DNA from: Eledone cirrhosa
Taxonomy: Eukaryota
Reading direction: 5' to 3'
Assembly (NCBI GenBank): GCA_964016885.1
Contig: OZ024740.1
Span: 285,758,001-285,822,000, forward strand
DNA length: 64,000 nt
Under the pieces are notes generated by a model. It was not told the origin of the DNA. It made no database searches and saw only the letters and a program-made list of their open reading frames with translations. Positions 50,964-63,736 of the stretch are shown in pieces. A program made the translations under genes and the position numbers. The first letter of the stretch is position 1. Each line of letters starts with the position of its first letter.

Positions 50964-52235
50964 CAAGAAAGAAAGAAGTCAATTATCAGATCAGACCAAG
51001 GAAACAATGTTACCATCATTCTTTCTTTTGCTGATACTATTTGTCTGGGTTATAACTCCTAGTAGAAAAACATTACATAGTAGGCTGATATAACACCAGT
51101 GTAGTGTTTTCGACTATGTATTCAGTCCCAACATATAAGCCTAGCAGTGCTATAAGGGTTAAAGCATGATATGAATTCTAATGTTTTTATTGTAAATAGT
51201 AGTTCAACTGAACTTGAGCCATTACTAGCCTTTTCTCATTCTGTTATTGTAAAATGTGTTAATAGATATACAATAGTCTCTTCATACCATTTTGATTTCT
51301 TTCCACATTTTTTTCCTTTTTCTTTAAAGTAATATTTTCTCAGGTTTGGTAACAAACACAAGAATATTTATACTGTAAATGTTCGAAAAGCACAAAAGAA
51401 AATTCCTTGAAAGCTTTTATTTAGTTGTTTATTTTCTCTATTTTTGTTTTTTTTTGTTTTTACTTCCAGCTGTTGAAACCATGTTGCTATTTCTTCCATT
51501 CCTGTTTCATTTATTTTTCTCTTCTTTGTAATTTTGGTTTGCCCATAGAAATATTTAGAGAACCATTTTCACTCTTTTATGACCATATTTCTAATGAAAT
51601 ACACTCTATTTCAATTAATTAATTAAGAATTCAGTGGGATTTATTAAAATTATGAATTGTTTTATTATCAAGATGTTATTTGTAACATAAATCATAAGAT
51701 TGTTCTTATATAAAATAATGTTGGAAGATTTTCCTTTAAAATGGGTGGTTTCTTTTCATAGACCCAGGGACAGTTTTGGCTGGTTTTGTATCAAAAGATT
51801 TAATTCTTGCTTTAGTCATAGTCGAATACCATTTCCAAACCCTTGAGCTTTTTTCAGATGAAAGGATTTTCCCACAAGTGTTGACAGTTATGTTTTCAAC
51901 AATCTTTTTGCTTTTGTAAAATATTGTCCCTTAAGAAAACTACTAGTAAAGTCATATTTTTGCATTCATTCATTCAGTCAGTAGTCAGACAAATACTACC
52001 CAGTATGCTATACTATATCTCATATTTTTTGCAGATTAGCTTTTATTTAGAATATCAGGTTACACTCATATTACCATTTTAGTGCTATAATACAACTTTG
52101 AGTTACTGTTTCAGCAGACAGGATTGAATTGTGTGTGCGCTGTACATTGTATATAGCCATGCATGTATATGCTGTATGTGTATGTATATACACATATATG
52201 TGTGCGCACATATGCAATGTATATATAAGAATATA

Positions 52236-52312
52236 TAGGGTCTCCATAAAGTCTGTGTGCAATTTAAAATACTTGTAGCTTTAAATTGCACACAGATTTT
52301 ATGGATGCCCTG
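52236..52312. mobile_element. 77-bp Tc1/mariner-type mini-MITE
   Basis: TA|TAGGGTCTCCATAAAGTCTGTGTGCAATTTAAA ... TTTAAATTGCACACAGATTTTATGGATGCCCTG|TA. Confidence 0.8.
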
Positions 52313-52856
52313 TATAATTGAAATCATGGCTGTATCATTAAGATGTTTGCTTCACAATTACATATTTGGTTTGATTGCAGTATGTGACTCCAAGTGTAAA
52401 TGTCTTCTACTATAAACCTTTGGATCATCAATGCCATATGAGTGAAATTTGGGAGACAGAAACTGTATTGAAGCCTGTCATATTTTTTATATATTCTTTC
52501 CTCTATATTGATCTCTTAAGCATAGTTTGAGGGGAGTGTATAACAAGCAACAGCTTAGTTGCATGGGTTTTTTAATGACAAGATGAAACTCAATGAACTA
52601 GAAAGTATTGCTGTTAGAATATATTTGTTTATTATTGCAGTGATATCTCCATGTATACACATGTTCATATAAATAAATGAACAAATGAAATAAAATGAGA
52701 AACAAGCATGGCTGTGTGGTTAAAAGGTTTGCTTTGCAACCATGTGGTTCCTGGTTCAGTCCCACTGCATACCATCTTGAGCAAGTCACTTATACTATTG
52801 CCTTGTGTTGACCAAGCTTTGTGAGTGGAATTTGATGGACAGAATCTACAGAAGCT

Positions 52857-52888
<32 letters not shown>

Positions 52889-52945
52889 ACAAGCAAATTA
52901 TAAATGTAGACATGTAAGTATGTTTTTGAAACGGTGCGCGAGTTT

Positions 52946-53028
52946 GAAATTAGAAATTATAAGCTTTCACCACTATCAGGCTAGAAATTTCTTTAGTCTA
53001 AAATATGGTGAAAGCTTATAATTTCTAA

Positions 53029-53032
<4 letters not shown>
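52946..53032. repeat. 27-bp perfect inverted repeat abutting (TA)n
   Basis: 52946-52972 versus 53006-53032. Confidence 0.85.
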
Positions 53033-53075
<43 letters not shown>

Positions 53076-53089
53076 ACAGGCTTATATAT

Positions 53090-53186
53090 AACAAAGATAG
53101 CAGGTGGACCATAGCACACCAGAGTACTTGATACTTGGGGTAGTAGAGTGGGTAATATGAAAAGATTCAAGAGGGGTCCTGAATCT

Positions 53187-53194
<8 letters not shown>
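53090..53194. mobile_element. Penelope-like remnant between (TA)n tracts with 15-bp foldback
   Basis: Homologous to 55133-55220 (CAGGTGGACCATA..AGTACT..ATACTT.GGGTAGTAGAGTGGGTAATA); inverted repeat 53155-53169/53180-53194. Confidence 0.6.
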
Positions 53195-53222
<28 letters not shown>

Positions 53223-53513
53223 ATTAAAGAGTTATTTGTCTCAATGAATGGATAAAATATACAGATAAAATATCAAACTTAGTGAAGTGAAGTAATTTAA
53301 CATATTAAACTTATGCCAAAATCTCAATTTAGGAGAGTATAGGTCAGCGAGACTAAAATAAGTTAGACTAACTCATATAATCGTCTCCTTACCATGGTCT
53401 CAAGAATAAAGAAACAATATTGATTATTTCAGATCATTGGAACAACCAATATTGGAAGAACTTCTTCTGTCACAGGAGAGAATTCTTTGGAACAAGATGA
53501 AATATTGATCATA

Positions 53514-53564
<51 letters not shown>

Positions 53565-53774
53565 CATTGAAGTTGGTGGTTCACCACTAGATAGAACTTT
53601 TCATTCTGTGTAGTTAACCATGTTACAATAGTATGAAAGCACTCAACGCAATGCAATTCAATCGTCTTTGGTGTAAGATTCTGTTTGGGGTGCGTGGATG
53701 GTGTTAAACATTATTGAATAAAGCGACAGGAGGCTGGAAAGTTGAAATTCCTTTAAAGTTTTTATTCTGCAGGC

Positions 53775-53825
<51 letters not shown>

Positions 53826-53966
53826 CTGTTTTTAGGTCTCATAACTTAGTGCTTTGATAAAAAGATTTCTATAAAATATATACCATTTGGTGGACAGGGA
53901 TGTGATCAACTAAAATCCCAACATGGCCTGCAATCTAATGGCTGAATCCAGTAAAAGAATGAAATG

Positions 53967-54653
53967 ATAATAATTGTTTCTACTTTTGGCACAAGGCCAG
54001 CAATTACCCAGTACATTACTGGTACTTTATTTTATTGACCCCGTAAGGATGAAAGGCAAAGTTAACCTTGGCGGGATTTGAACTCAGAATGGCAAGGGCC
54101 GTAACTCTGTCAAAGCATGGCGTCCGACCCTCTACCGTTACTGCCAATTCACCGATAATAATAAAAGGCATTCACACACATGCAACCTTATTTCTATAAT
54201 TTAAATAAAGAGGTGGATATTGGTGAAGAATTTTCTTAAGCATTTAAGCACTGTGTTTATAGTTTAGAAATTCTTAGTATTAACTAGAGCAAGGTTTTGT
54301 GTTATCTAGATCACTGTTTTTAGTAAGAATTACAGATAAACTATTTTGTCCAAAACATTCTGCCTATCACCCCTCCCCCCTTCTCTCTCTCTCTCACACA
54401 CACATATCATGTGCAATCACTCTCACTGTTTATAATTGTTTTTCCTCCATCCCTCTATATCACTAAATAATTATTTCTACTTTTGGCACAAGGCCAGCAA
54501 TAACCCAGTGCATTACTGGTACTTTATTTTATTGACCCCTTAAGGATGAAAGGCAAAGTTAACCGTGGCAGGATTTGAACTCAGACCATAAAGGACCATA
54601 ACTTTATGCTGCAAAGCATGGTGTCTGATGCTCTACCGATACTGCCAATCCAC
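53967..54653 (-). mobile_element. Two family A SINE copies (~53967-54153, ~54467-54653)
   Basis: Head, core and tail present in each. Confidence 0.88.
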
Positions 54654-54874
54654 GTTCTGTTGTCTTATTAATTATTACCACTCTCATTTCTATTATTTTT
54701 CACCCATTTAACTATTTCATTACTATATTTCTAATGAAAGACACTGTCTACATTTTTCAAATAATAATAAAAAATTTGGAAGGATTTAGTTATAAAATTA
54801 ACTTCCTCATTATTAAGCTGGTGTTTGGAACATAACTTAACAAAGGTACTTACATAAAATTATGATTGGAAATT

Positions 54875-54903
<29 letters not shown>

Positions 54904-54911
<8 letters not shown>

Positions 54912-55060
54912 ATGCTTTGGGAGGGTCATGTTGCCAATAAGAAACACACGCACCAGTTGCTTTCACTCCAATTTATTATAAATTAAATTTAACAATTTAA
55001 GAATTTATAAATTTCTGGTTGGTTGGTTGGCAACATGACCCTCCCAAAGCATAACAATAT
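54904..55060. repeat. 34-bp perfect inverted repeat abutting (TA)n
   Basis: 54904-54937 versus 55027-55060. Confidence 0.88.
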
Positions 55061-55132
55061 CGGTTTCAACACACGTTTTCAGATAAAGAATCTTGCTAAA
55101 CAAATTCAGTAATGATATATATATATATATAT

Positions 55133-55297
55133 AACGAAGGAAATGTGGTAAGGAACCAGGTGGACCATAACGCACCAAAGTACTCAATACTTAGGGTAGT
55201 AGAGTGGGTAATAGGAAAAAGTATGACCCTGACGGCTGAGCTCAAGCCGTTTTGACGTCAAAACGGCTTGAGCTCAGCCGTCGGGGTCTTACTGGTT

Positions 55298-55301
<4 letters not shown>
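55133..55301. mobile_element. Penelope-like remnant with 52-bp spacerless palindrome
   Basis: 55231-55282 is a perfect palindrome; (TA)n on both sides. Confidence 0.65.
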
Positions 55302-55332
<31 letters not shown>

Positions 55333-55434
55333 AAAATTAAGATAATCAAAATTATGGGTGTCATGCCAGAAAGACATGCGCCATATCACCCGCAAAATAA
55401 GCTCTAAGATTCTAACGAATAGGTCCGAGCATTT

Positions 55435-55538
55435 TATAATAACTAGAAATTGATTAACATATAAATAAACATGAATAAAAATTATCTCCTGTGATTATTC
55501 ATGTTTATTTATATGTTAATCAATTTCTAGTTATTATA
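55435..55538. repeat. 44-bp perfect inverted repeat abutting (TA)n
   Basis: 55435-55478 versus 55495-55538, 16-nt spacer. Confidence 0.88.
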
Positions 55539-56054
55539 TATATATATATATAAACAAATGCTAAAAAAACACACACAACACCATCTTTGTCCTGTAGAAC
55601 CAGGTGTGGTTCATGTGATTTGGTATCAAAAGTGTTAAAATGTGATAAATATTATATCTTATATTATGAAATAAACCTTATATTTTATATCTGTTGAAAT
55701 GACCAGTTGTTTGAAACCACTGAAACAACCTTGCACCTGTTCATATTTAATTATCTTTTCCTAACTTCAACATTTGCATCTGTTCATGCTGTTGCCACTG
55801 CTGCTGCCTGCATTTTCCCTTCTCCTTACAGTTGTCTAAAAAGAAAATGTGTTACATATTACATGCCTTCTCCTTTAGATATAGAGGAATACATATTATG
55901 TTTGACTAGCAGAAGAAAGAACTGATTTTTTTGATTAAGGTTTTATTCAATATTATGTTTTTATACAAATATAATTTTTCCTCCATTGATATTTCATAAA
56001 ACCTGAATTTATTAGAGACTTGAATTTGCATGAGTAGTAGTAGTAGTATTAGTA

Positions 56055-56810
56055 TAATAATTGTTTCTACTTTAGGCACAAGGCCAGCAATCACCCAGTG
56101 CATTACTGGTACTTTATTTTATCGACCCCGTAAGGATGAAAGGCAAAGTCAAATATTTTCTACTATAAGCACAAGGCCAACAGTTTGCATTACTGATACT
56201 GTATTTTATCGACCCCGTAAGGATGAAAGTTAAAACTAACCTCAGTGGGATTTGAACTCAGAATGTAAAGAACTAACTATATGCCACAAAGTATGTTGTC
56301 TGACACTCTACCGATACTGTCAATCCACCACCCTAATAATAATAACAACAAACACCATCAAAAACCACACTGCACATAGCTGTACTTGGTAATGCAGTGA
56401 TCATGCGCATAATAATATTGATGATGATGATGATAATAATAATAATTGTTTCTACTTTAGGCACAAGGCCAGCAATAACCCAGTGCATTACTGGTACTTT
56501 ATTTTATCGACCCCGTAAGGATGAAAGGCAAAGTCAACCTCGGCGGGATTTGAACTCAGATCGTAAAGGGACGTAACTATGCTGGAAAGCATGGCGTCCG
56601 ACCCTCTACCGATACTGCCAATCCACTAATAATAATTGTTTCTACTTTAGGCACAAGGCCAGCATTTATTCAGTGCATTACTGGTACTTTATTTTATCGA
56701 CCCCGTAAGGATGAAAGGCAAAGTCACCTCGGCGGGATTTGAACTCAGATCGTAAAGGGACGTAACTATGCTGGAAAGCATGGCGTCCGACCCTCTACCG
56801 ATACTGCCAA
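56055..56810 (-). mobile_element. Stack of four family A SINE copies
   Basis: Copies at ~56055-56150, 56155-56335, 56440-56625 and 56627-56810, mostly separated by (AAT)n. Confidence 0.88.
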
Positions 56811-57954
56811 TATAATAATGATAGGGAAAAAGGCTGTGGAAATGCAGAGAGATAATAGTAACTCCTGTTATAATAGGATCACTAAGTGCAGTGTTTGAAA
56901 ATGTCAACAAATGTCTCTGATAAAATTAACAATAAACCTTGCAACAACACTACAGAAAACATTTTCTTTTTTACAGTTTGAACCTTAAAATATGTGTTGA
57001 ATATCTGAAGATACAGGCAGTGGCTTGAAGTTTAACAAACAAAACTGGCAGAATTATCAACACTATTGCAGTGCATGTTACAGAGTATTAATGGTCTCTA
57101 ATTTAGGAAAAAGGCCAGCAATTTGGGGACAAGAGAAGGTCAATTAAATTGACCTCACTATTTGACTGGTACTATAAATTTACTACCCCAGATGGTTGGA
57201 ATGCAAATTTGAACTCTGAATGTAAAACTTACAGAATAATAATGATGATGATGATGAACATTTAACATTGTCTCTATATCCACCATCCTCTGCAATTCAT
57301 TGTTTGCAGAGATGTAACAAGGAAAAATAGCATCTATGGCAAACATTGAAATTGATGGTTTAGGGGATTAAACTGCATTTTCATTTGTTCTACAGGTATC
57401 CTTTACACTTAAGTATATGTAAAGTATTGGCAAAAGTGTTAGTGTAATACTGATCTTTGACAAATATTTGACAAGTCATACTATGAGGTATGCCTCTGTG
57501 ATCATGTAGTTCCCAGCATTGTATTTTTACCCGAGGGCCTAATAATTTATATAGATGGTTTAATGATCCAGCCAGCATAGTGTTTCTCACCCATGATAAT
57601 CAAAGACAGATCATACATCTGAAGAAGTTTCTTTTTTTCACTCTCTGGCGATAGGTTATCTGACTTTAATAGAAAATGCTCCTAGTCCAGGTAGCACCTC
57701 CTTTCAAGTGGTACCTATGGCTCATGCCATGCTTGCCATACCCTAGATAGATTGTCTTCTTCTCTCCACTCACCACCAAACCATTGTCATTTCTGTTGTT
57801 CAGCCTTTTGTGGGGGAAAATGTGTGAGAGAGAAAATGAAAGACTCATCCCTGACCCAGCAATATTTGAAATTAGAACTGTGGGAGGAGGTCAGTCATAA
57901 GATACCACAAACTGCCTCATATTTCTCTCTACTCTTTTTATCAGTTTGACTCAA

Positions 57955-58147
57955 TATAATTGTTTCTACTTTTGGCACAAGGCCAGCAATTACCCAGTGC
58001 ATTACTGGTACTTTATTTTATCGACCCCGTAAGGATGAAAGGCAAAGTTAACTTCAGCGGGATTTGAACTCAGAATGGCAAGGGCCGTAACTCTATGCGT
58101 CAAAGCATGGCGTCCGACCCTCTACCAATACTGCCAATCCACCGCCA
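57955..58147 (-). mobile_element. Family A SINE, full length, followed on + by a (GAT)n(GGT)n(GGC)n compound microsatellite
   Basis: Head, core and tail intact. Confidence 0.88.
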
Positions 58148-58154
58148 AAGATGA

Positions 58155-58188
<34 letters not shown>

Positions 58189-59241
58189 GGTGGTGGTGGT
58201 GGTGGTGGCGGCGGCGGCGGCGGCGGCGACGCAATCTTTAAAGTGAATGAAAAACTCAACTTATTTTGATTATGTTCTAGCAGTTTTTAGAATAAGTACA
58301 CCATATCCTTGTATGTCATAAAAGGTGGCTAAAAGGGTTAGCATCAGGAAGGGTATTCAGCTATAAAACGCTGCCTCGAAAAGTCCTGTCCAACCCATGC
58401 CAGAAATATTTGAGTAAACACAAGATAAAATAATAAAAAAAGAACAACAATGAAGATAGTCATCATTATAATATTTATACCAGTAAATGAGAGCAAGAGG
58501 TATAAAATTTCAGTAAAATGTAATTTTCATTTATTCTGGCTTGTTGATAAGAAATTTTGATTCTTTAATCTTTTTTCTGACCAAAACAACTGAATTTGAC
58601 ACACATAAAACAGTTGAGTTAGTATTCAGTTAAATATTTTACATTCTTATAAAAAATTAAAAAATTTGAGTGCCTCTTAAAATCTTTTCTTGAAAATTAA
58701 TGGAAACTTGAGAGAACAAGAGCTATAAATATAAATTTGATTTTGTTCCTTGTCTTGCTCATAGGAAACACAACCGAATCTGTGTGTACAGATGGATGCA
58801 CATGGATGGAAAACATTTTTCAAAGTCATGTGTATATTTCCTACTTCTAAATATAATGGAGTTTTGTACGTTTATTTATGATTAAAACTAGTTTATACAT
58901 AAAATTTGTAACCTATTCGGTCTGGTTCTGCCATACAACTATATGACTATCGTAGTTAATTTGAATTCTACTGGAAATGATATTATATATGATTGTTCTT
59001 TGTAAGATTTGGATCGCTGAAATTCAGTCTGACTGTTACTTGATGTGTAGTAAGTTATTTTACTTGGTTTAATGTTAATCATAATTTTGAAAGATATCTG
59101 CTTTAACCCTTTTGCTACTAACCCACCTGAGGTTACCTTTATTTTTCATATATAACTTCTGATTTTATATTATTTGTAATTAAATTATAATATCCAATTT
59201 TATATAAAACTCATTTTGTTAAGTTATATTCCAAGCACTTA

Positions 59242-59423
59242 CCGTATACACTCAAATGTAAGCCTCCCCCCTCCTATTTTATGTCTGGGCAAAAATCCAA
59301 ACCCCATTTATAAGCCGAGGCAGCTAATCAACACATTGTTTAGATGGTATATATAAGCCCTTCTCCATTTTACCATTGATTTTTTGGGGGGTCTCATATA
59401 CCTCGGCTTATATTCAAGTATGG
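59242..59423. mobile_element. pogo/Tigger-like MITE nested in an older TTAA-flanked MITE (~59103-59530)
   Basis: TA|CCGTATACACTCAAATGTAAGCC ... GGCTTATATTCAAGTATGG degenerate TIRs. Confidence 0.55.
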
Positions 59424-60536
59424 AAAAGTTATTTTACTTAGTCCTCCCAAAGTTTTGGCTGTTTTCATAATTAATTTGACCAGATAAGCAATGTATTTCA
59501 TTAGAAGTATGACCATGAAAGTATTAATTCTAGTACAGATTTTTTTTTATGTTATGTTATTTGTTGCATTCATATTCTAGGTTGATTTTTATCTTTCTTG
59601 AAATTTTTCTTCCTGTCTGATATTAACTCCTTCATTTGTTGTTGTCTAGCCCTAGATCAGCCCCAGTTGAGCATACCTATGATCTAACATATTTCAGTCA
59701 TAACTGTTCTTTTTTCCCCAGACATCTAAGACAACACTATCCAAGCTAGTCTTTCCTATTTTAGATGATGGAATGTAATTTGGGTGTGGTTTTGCTGCTA
59801 CTTCTAGCAAATCGATTGACCACATAGAAGCTCATTGTAGAGTTAATGTCTTAACTCTAATCTGTCCATTAGCAAGCATACTATAAACATTTGAATTGAT
59901 ACTCATTTCTAAATATTTTCTAAATAATTAGAGGAGATAAAGGTAGGATGTCTATTGTCAACCTTGGACTTATATAGTAGCTTCTGTCTGTATCAATGTT
60001 TACTCTATCATGTTGTTCTCTAAGAATCCATCAGTTCACTTCAGTTTGTATTTGTATTTAGCGAGTTATTTTTATCTTTTGCTTCTCAATATCTTCTTTT
60101 GTCTCAATTCTGTCTGACATTGTGTACACAAGTAGCCAAAAGTATTCTCACTTTGTTGTTTGTTTCCTTCATGATCATAATCATCATCATCACCATACAT
60201 GCATGTATTCATACATATATACATACACAATACACACATACACTTTTCCATGTTGGCATAGGATGGAAGTGGGGTGGGGGTGGGTGGGGGTAATCCCTGT
60301 GTACTGGGTACATCTTATCCTGGCACCAACCATAAAGAATATATGTTCTTGTCCAGATTAAAGACTCCACTCAACACCGTTTGTTCAAAGCAATATGACA
60401 AACCAAGAGGATGAACAGAAGAGAGAGAAAGCGATAACAGGCAAGTGATAGGCAGTGAAAATTATCAGGGTTAGCCTCTTGGTTTCTTTCATATTAACAA
60501 TGGAAATAGTTAATTGGTCAGCTATCTACTTACTTC

Positions 60537-60758
60537 ATAATTATTTCTACTTTAGGCTCAAGGATAGCAATTTGAAGGGGAGGGGAAAGTCGATTAAATC
60601 GACCCCAGTGCATTACTGGTGCTTTATTTATCAACCCTGTAAGGATGAAAGGCAAAGCTAAACTCGGCAGGATTTGAACTCTGAATGTAAAGAACTGTAA
60701 CTCTATGCTACAAAGCATGTTGTCTGACACTCTACTGACACTGCCAATCCACTGCCCT
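60537..60758 (-). mobile_element. Family A SINE (longer-tail variant)
   Basis: Core plus GGGGAGGGGAAAGTCGATTAAATCGACCCC segment. Confidence 0.8.
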
Positions 60759-60854
60759 AACTACTTCATAGTGCTAATAAAAGTAATCTACTTGGTTAGC
60801 TTTTCAGATATTCATTATTGTTTTAGCCACTTTATTTCCCACCTTTATTTTATA

Positions 60855-62225
60855 CTAGCTGGCCCGGCTGGCGCCCGGTTAGGTATACCAGCATTTTATG
60901 GGGTTAACGTGCTCTGATGTTGAGTTTGAATAGTTTTTAGGATTCCCCAGTTCAGCAGCCAGTATGTTAAAGAAAATTGATAGTTACAACAATAAAGGCT
61001 GAACAGAGAACATCTTTTTTAACAAACTTTACAATAATTTGTACAATCGTAATGGAAATTCCAAGTAACAGAAAATACATAAATTACATTGTTAGATCCT
61101 CAGAGTATACAATATCTTTTGTTCGGCCCTCGTGAGCAAAGATGAAGAGATTGTTTGGTGAGCTCACCCTAGAGTATCCTACATACAATTGACCATGGGA
61201 GAAGCATGGTTTTCCCAGATGAAGGCCAGCCACTTTTAGGGTTTGACTCTGAGCTTTGTTGATGGTAATCACGAAGCTTAGTCTCTCAGTTGCTCTAGTA
61301 ACATTTTTTCTTCTGGAAAATCTGATCTTGCGGCCAGGCTGCGACTTTTTGGGTGGCATATCGGCAGTAACAATGACGATAAGCCATCTGTGCTTTCGTG
61401 AAATATTTACGTTTGTTTATATTTTGTTTTTGTGTATGCAAAAATATCTGTACACGAATATATAATTATATATATATATATATATTAAAATAACAGATTA
61501 AAGTTTAAGCAAAGAATCGCTACTTTCACCCTTAACGGGATCTTCTGAAACTAAAAAAATCAATCTGTGAACACAGAAGTAAATATTTCGAAAAACGTTG
61601 CAACCGAAGGAAAACAGGAAGACGATACTTTGGTTCGTGAAGACGTTCCCTGACAATGAACGGAAAAAAAAACGAAGATAATACGTCGGCAATGAGAACA
61701 ATATTTGCTCTAGGGTTCTTATATATTTTATATATATTTATCCTTATTGAGCCCTCTTTGGATTTTAGTCTTCACATTTATTATTATTACTAATTATATA
61801 TATTGAGAGGGCGTGCGGTATCTTTGCACTGAATTAATTAAGTTGGTTAGAAGCGAAGTCAATGCAGACAGGCAGCCAGGCAGACAGATATTATAAGTGC
61901 GATGTTATAGCTATGTATCTAATGCAGACAGCCAGACATACAGACATATTATAAGGGCGCGATGTTATAGCTATTTATCTATCTAAAAAGACAGATTAAG
62001 AAAGAGAGAGGAATGTTGTATAACTGGAAGTGTTGACATTTGAAAATTTTAAAGAAGTGAATATTTAAATAAACGATAAAATATCTTTAATCTTCTAACG
62101 AAATTTAGAAGACAAAAATACCCTCACTTTCTTGGAAAAGTTATATCTATGGTGCAAATTTGGCCCAGCCGTTTGGCGAAAAGTTTGTTACATATATACG
62201 GCTGTCAGCTTTATAATATAGAGGA
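60855..62225 (-). mobile_element. Helitron deletion derivative
   Basis: Minus strand A|TCCTCTATATTATAAAG ... CCGGGCGCCAGCCGGGCCAGCTAG|T: 5' TC, 3' hairpin plus CTAG, A|T target. Confidence 0.88.
61084..61359 (-). pseudogene. Helitron Rep/helicase remnant (PIF1-family helicase C-terminus)
   Basis: ITINKAQSQTL ... CFSHGQLYVGYSRV correspond to PIF1-family motifs V and VI (TINKSQGQTL, FSHGQLYVALSRV). Confidence 0.88.
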
Positions 62226-63211
62226 TTAGGTATTTTATTAAATTCCTCCAGTATTAAAAGCCTCCTTTGGTCATGACTGACCATGGGCTTGCACTCTGAA
62301 AGTGCCTCTTCAAGGCACAAGACTGGGCAAGGATATTTGTGGAAGACCAGCAGTTGCCCATGCATGCTAATCTCCTCTCCACACCACTGATGTTTTTCAA
62401 AGAAAAAGCAAAAGCTAATACAACTTGGCACAAATGATTTTGCAATGAATATTCTCCATCTGAGTGAACTGGAACAACATAAGATGAAGTATTGTGTTCA
62501 AGGATATGATGCACTATCTTGTCCATGACTTGAACTCTCAACTTTATTATTGCAAGCCTAACACCATAATTACTAAGCCTTCATGATTCTCTGCAAATCT
62601 GTGATTATTTTAAAGTTTAAGTGAAACATCAAAATGAGTATTTCTTTGAAAATACTGTTACAAAAGAGTTAATGGCTATTTTTTAAATATTTTATTTCTC
62701 AGCTATTTTTAAATGATTTGAGATAGATATCAATTAATAATAAGTAAAGAGAAATAGTCTGGATAAAGTTGTTGTCTGTTCATTTACTCTCTACATAACT
62801 GCATTTATCTTTTTCTTAAATCGGATGTAACAATTGTAGCAATTTGTTATAAACTGATAATGTAGTTATTATACTTGTTGTTTTATAGAACATGAATTAC
62901 ATAGAGTAAGCTTAAATAATTGTCATATGAATTTGCTGCAATGAGAAGAGAAAGGGAGAGGATATCGGAGAAAAGAGAGAGTAATCAAAAACTGTTGTCA
63001 TGGTGATATCTTGTTACTAATTCTGTGTCATAATTCCCAACAAAGAGTTGAATTGTTAGAGAAGAAAATGTGTGCAGGTCAAGGCTGCCGATACTTTGAG
63101 AAAAGAGGCTTTCATTAAACAGCAGGTAAAAGAACAATTTCTTGTCATTTGAAATAGCTGGTGAATTTCATTGGAATATAATAATAATAGTTTCTTTATT
63201 AGCCATAATAA

Positions 63212-63736
63212 TAATAATTGTTTCTACTTTTGGCACAAGGCCAGCAATTACCAAGTACATTACTGGTACTTTATTTTATTGAAAGGCAAAGTTAACCTCG
63301 GCAGGATTTGAACTCAGATTGGAAAGGGCCGTAACTATGCGTCAAAGCATGGCGTCCGACCTTCTACCGATACTGCCAATCCACCGCCCTAATAATAATA
63401 ATAATAGTTTCTACTTTTGGCACAAGGCCAGCAATTACCCCAGTGCATTACTGGTACTTTATTTTATCGACCCCGTAAGGATGAAAGGCAAAGTTAACCT
63501 CAGCAGGATAATAATAATAATAATAATAATAGTTTCTTATTTAGGCACAAGGCCAGCAATTTGGGGGAGGGGAAAGTCGATTAAATCAACCCTAGTACAT
63601 TACTGGTATTTTATTTTATCGACCTTCTAAGGATGAAAGGCAAAACTAACCTAGGCAGGATTTGTTCTCAGAACATACAGCTCTGTTGTAAAGCATGTTG
63701 TCTAATGCTCTACTGATACTGCCAATCCACCACCCT
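63212..63736 (-). mobile_element. Stack of three family A SINE copies in (AAT)n
   Basis: Copies at ~63212-63390, 63400-63508 and 63525-63736. Confidence 0.88.

Noticed and set aside
51345-51410. Possible next RAPGEF exon after TTTTCTCAG (FGNKHK...)
   Set aside because: No similarity to the expected FGKR...CLVLEPSEMIV, and it reaches a stop.
53432-53517. Possible exon after ATTTCAG
   Set aside because: No recognisable homology and no convincing donor; runs into (GT)n.
58075-58269. Poly-Asp/poly-Gly ORF
   Set aside because: SINE antisense sequence plus a trinucleotide microsatellite.
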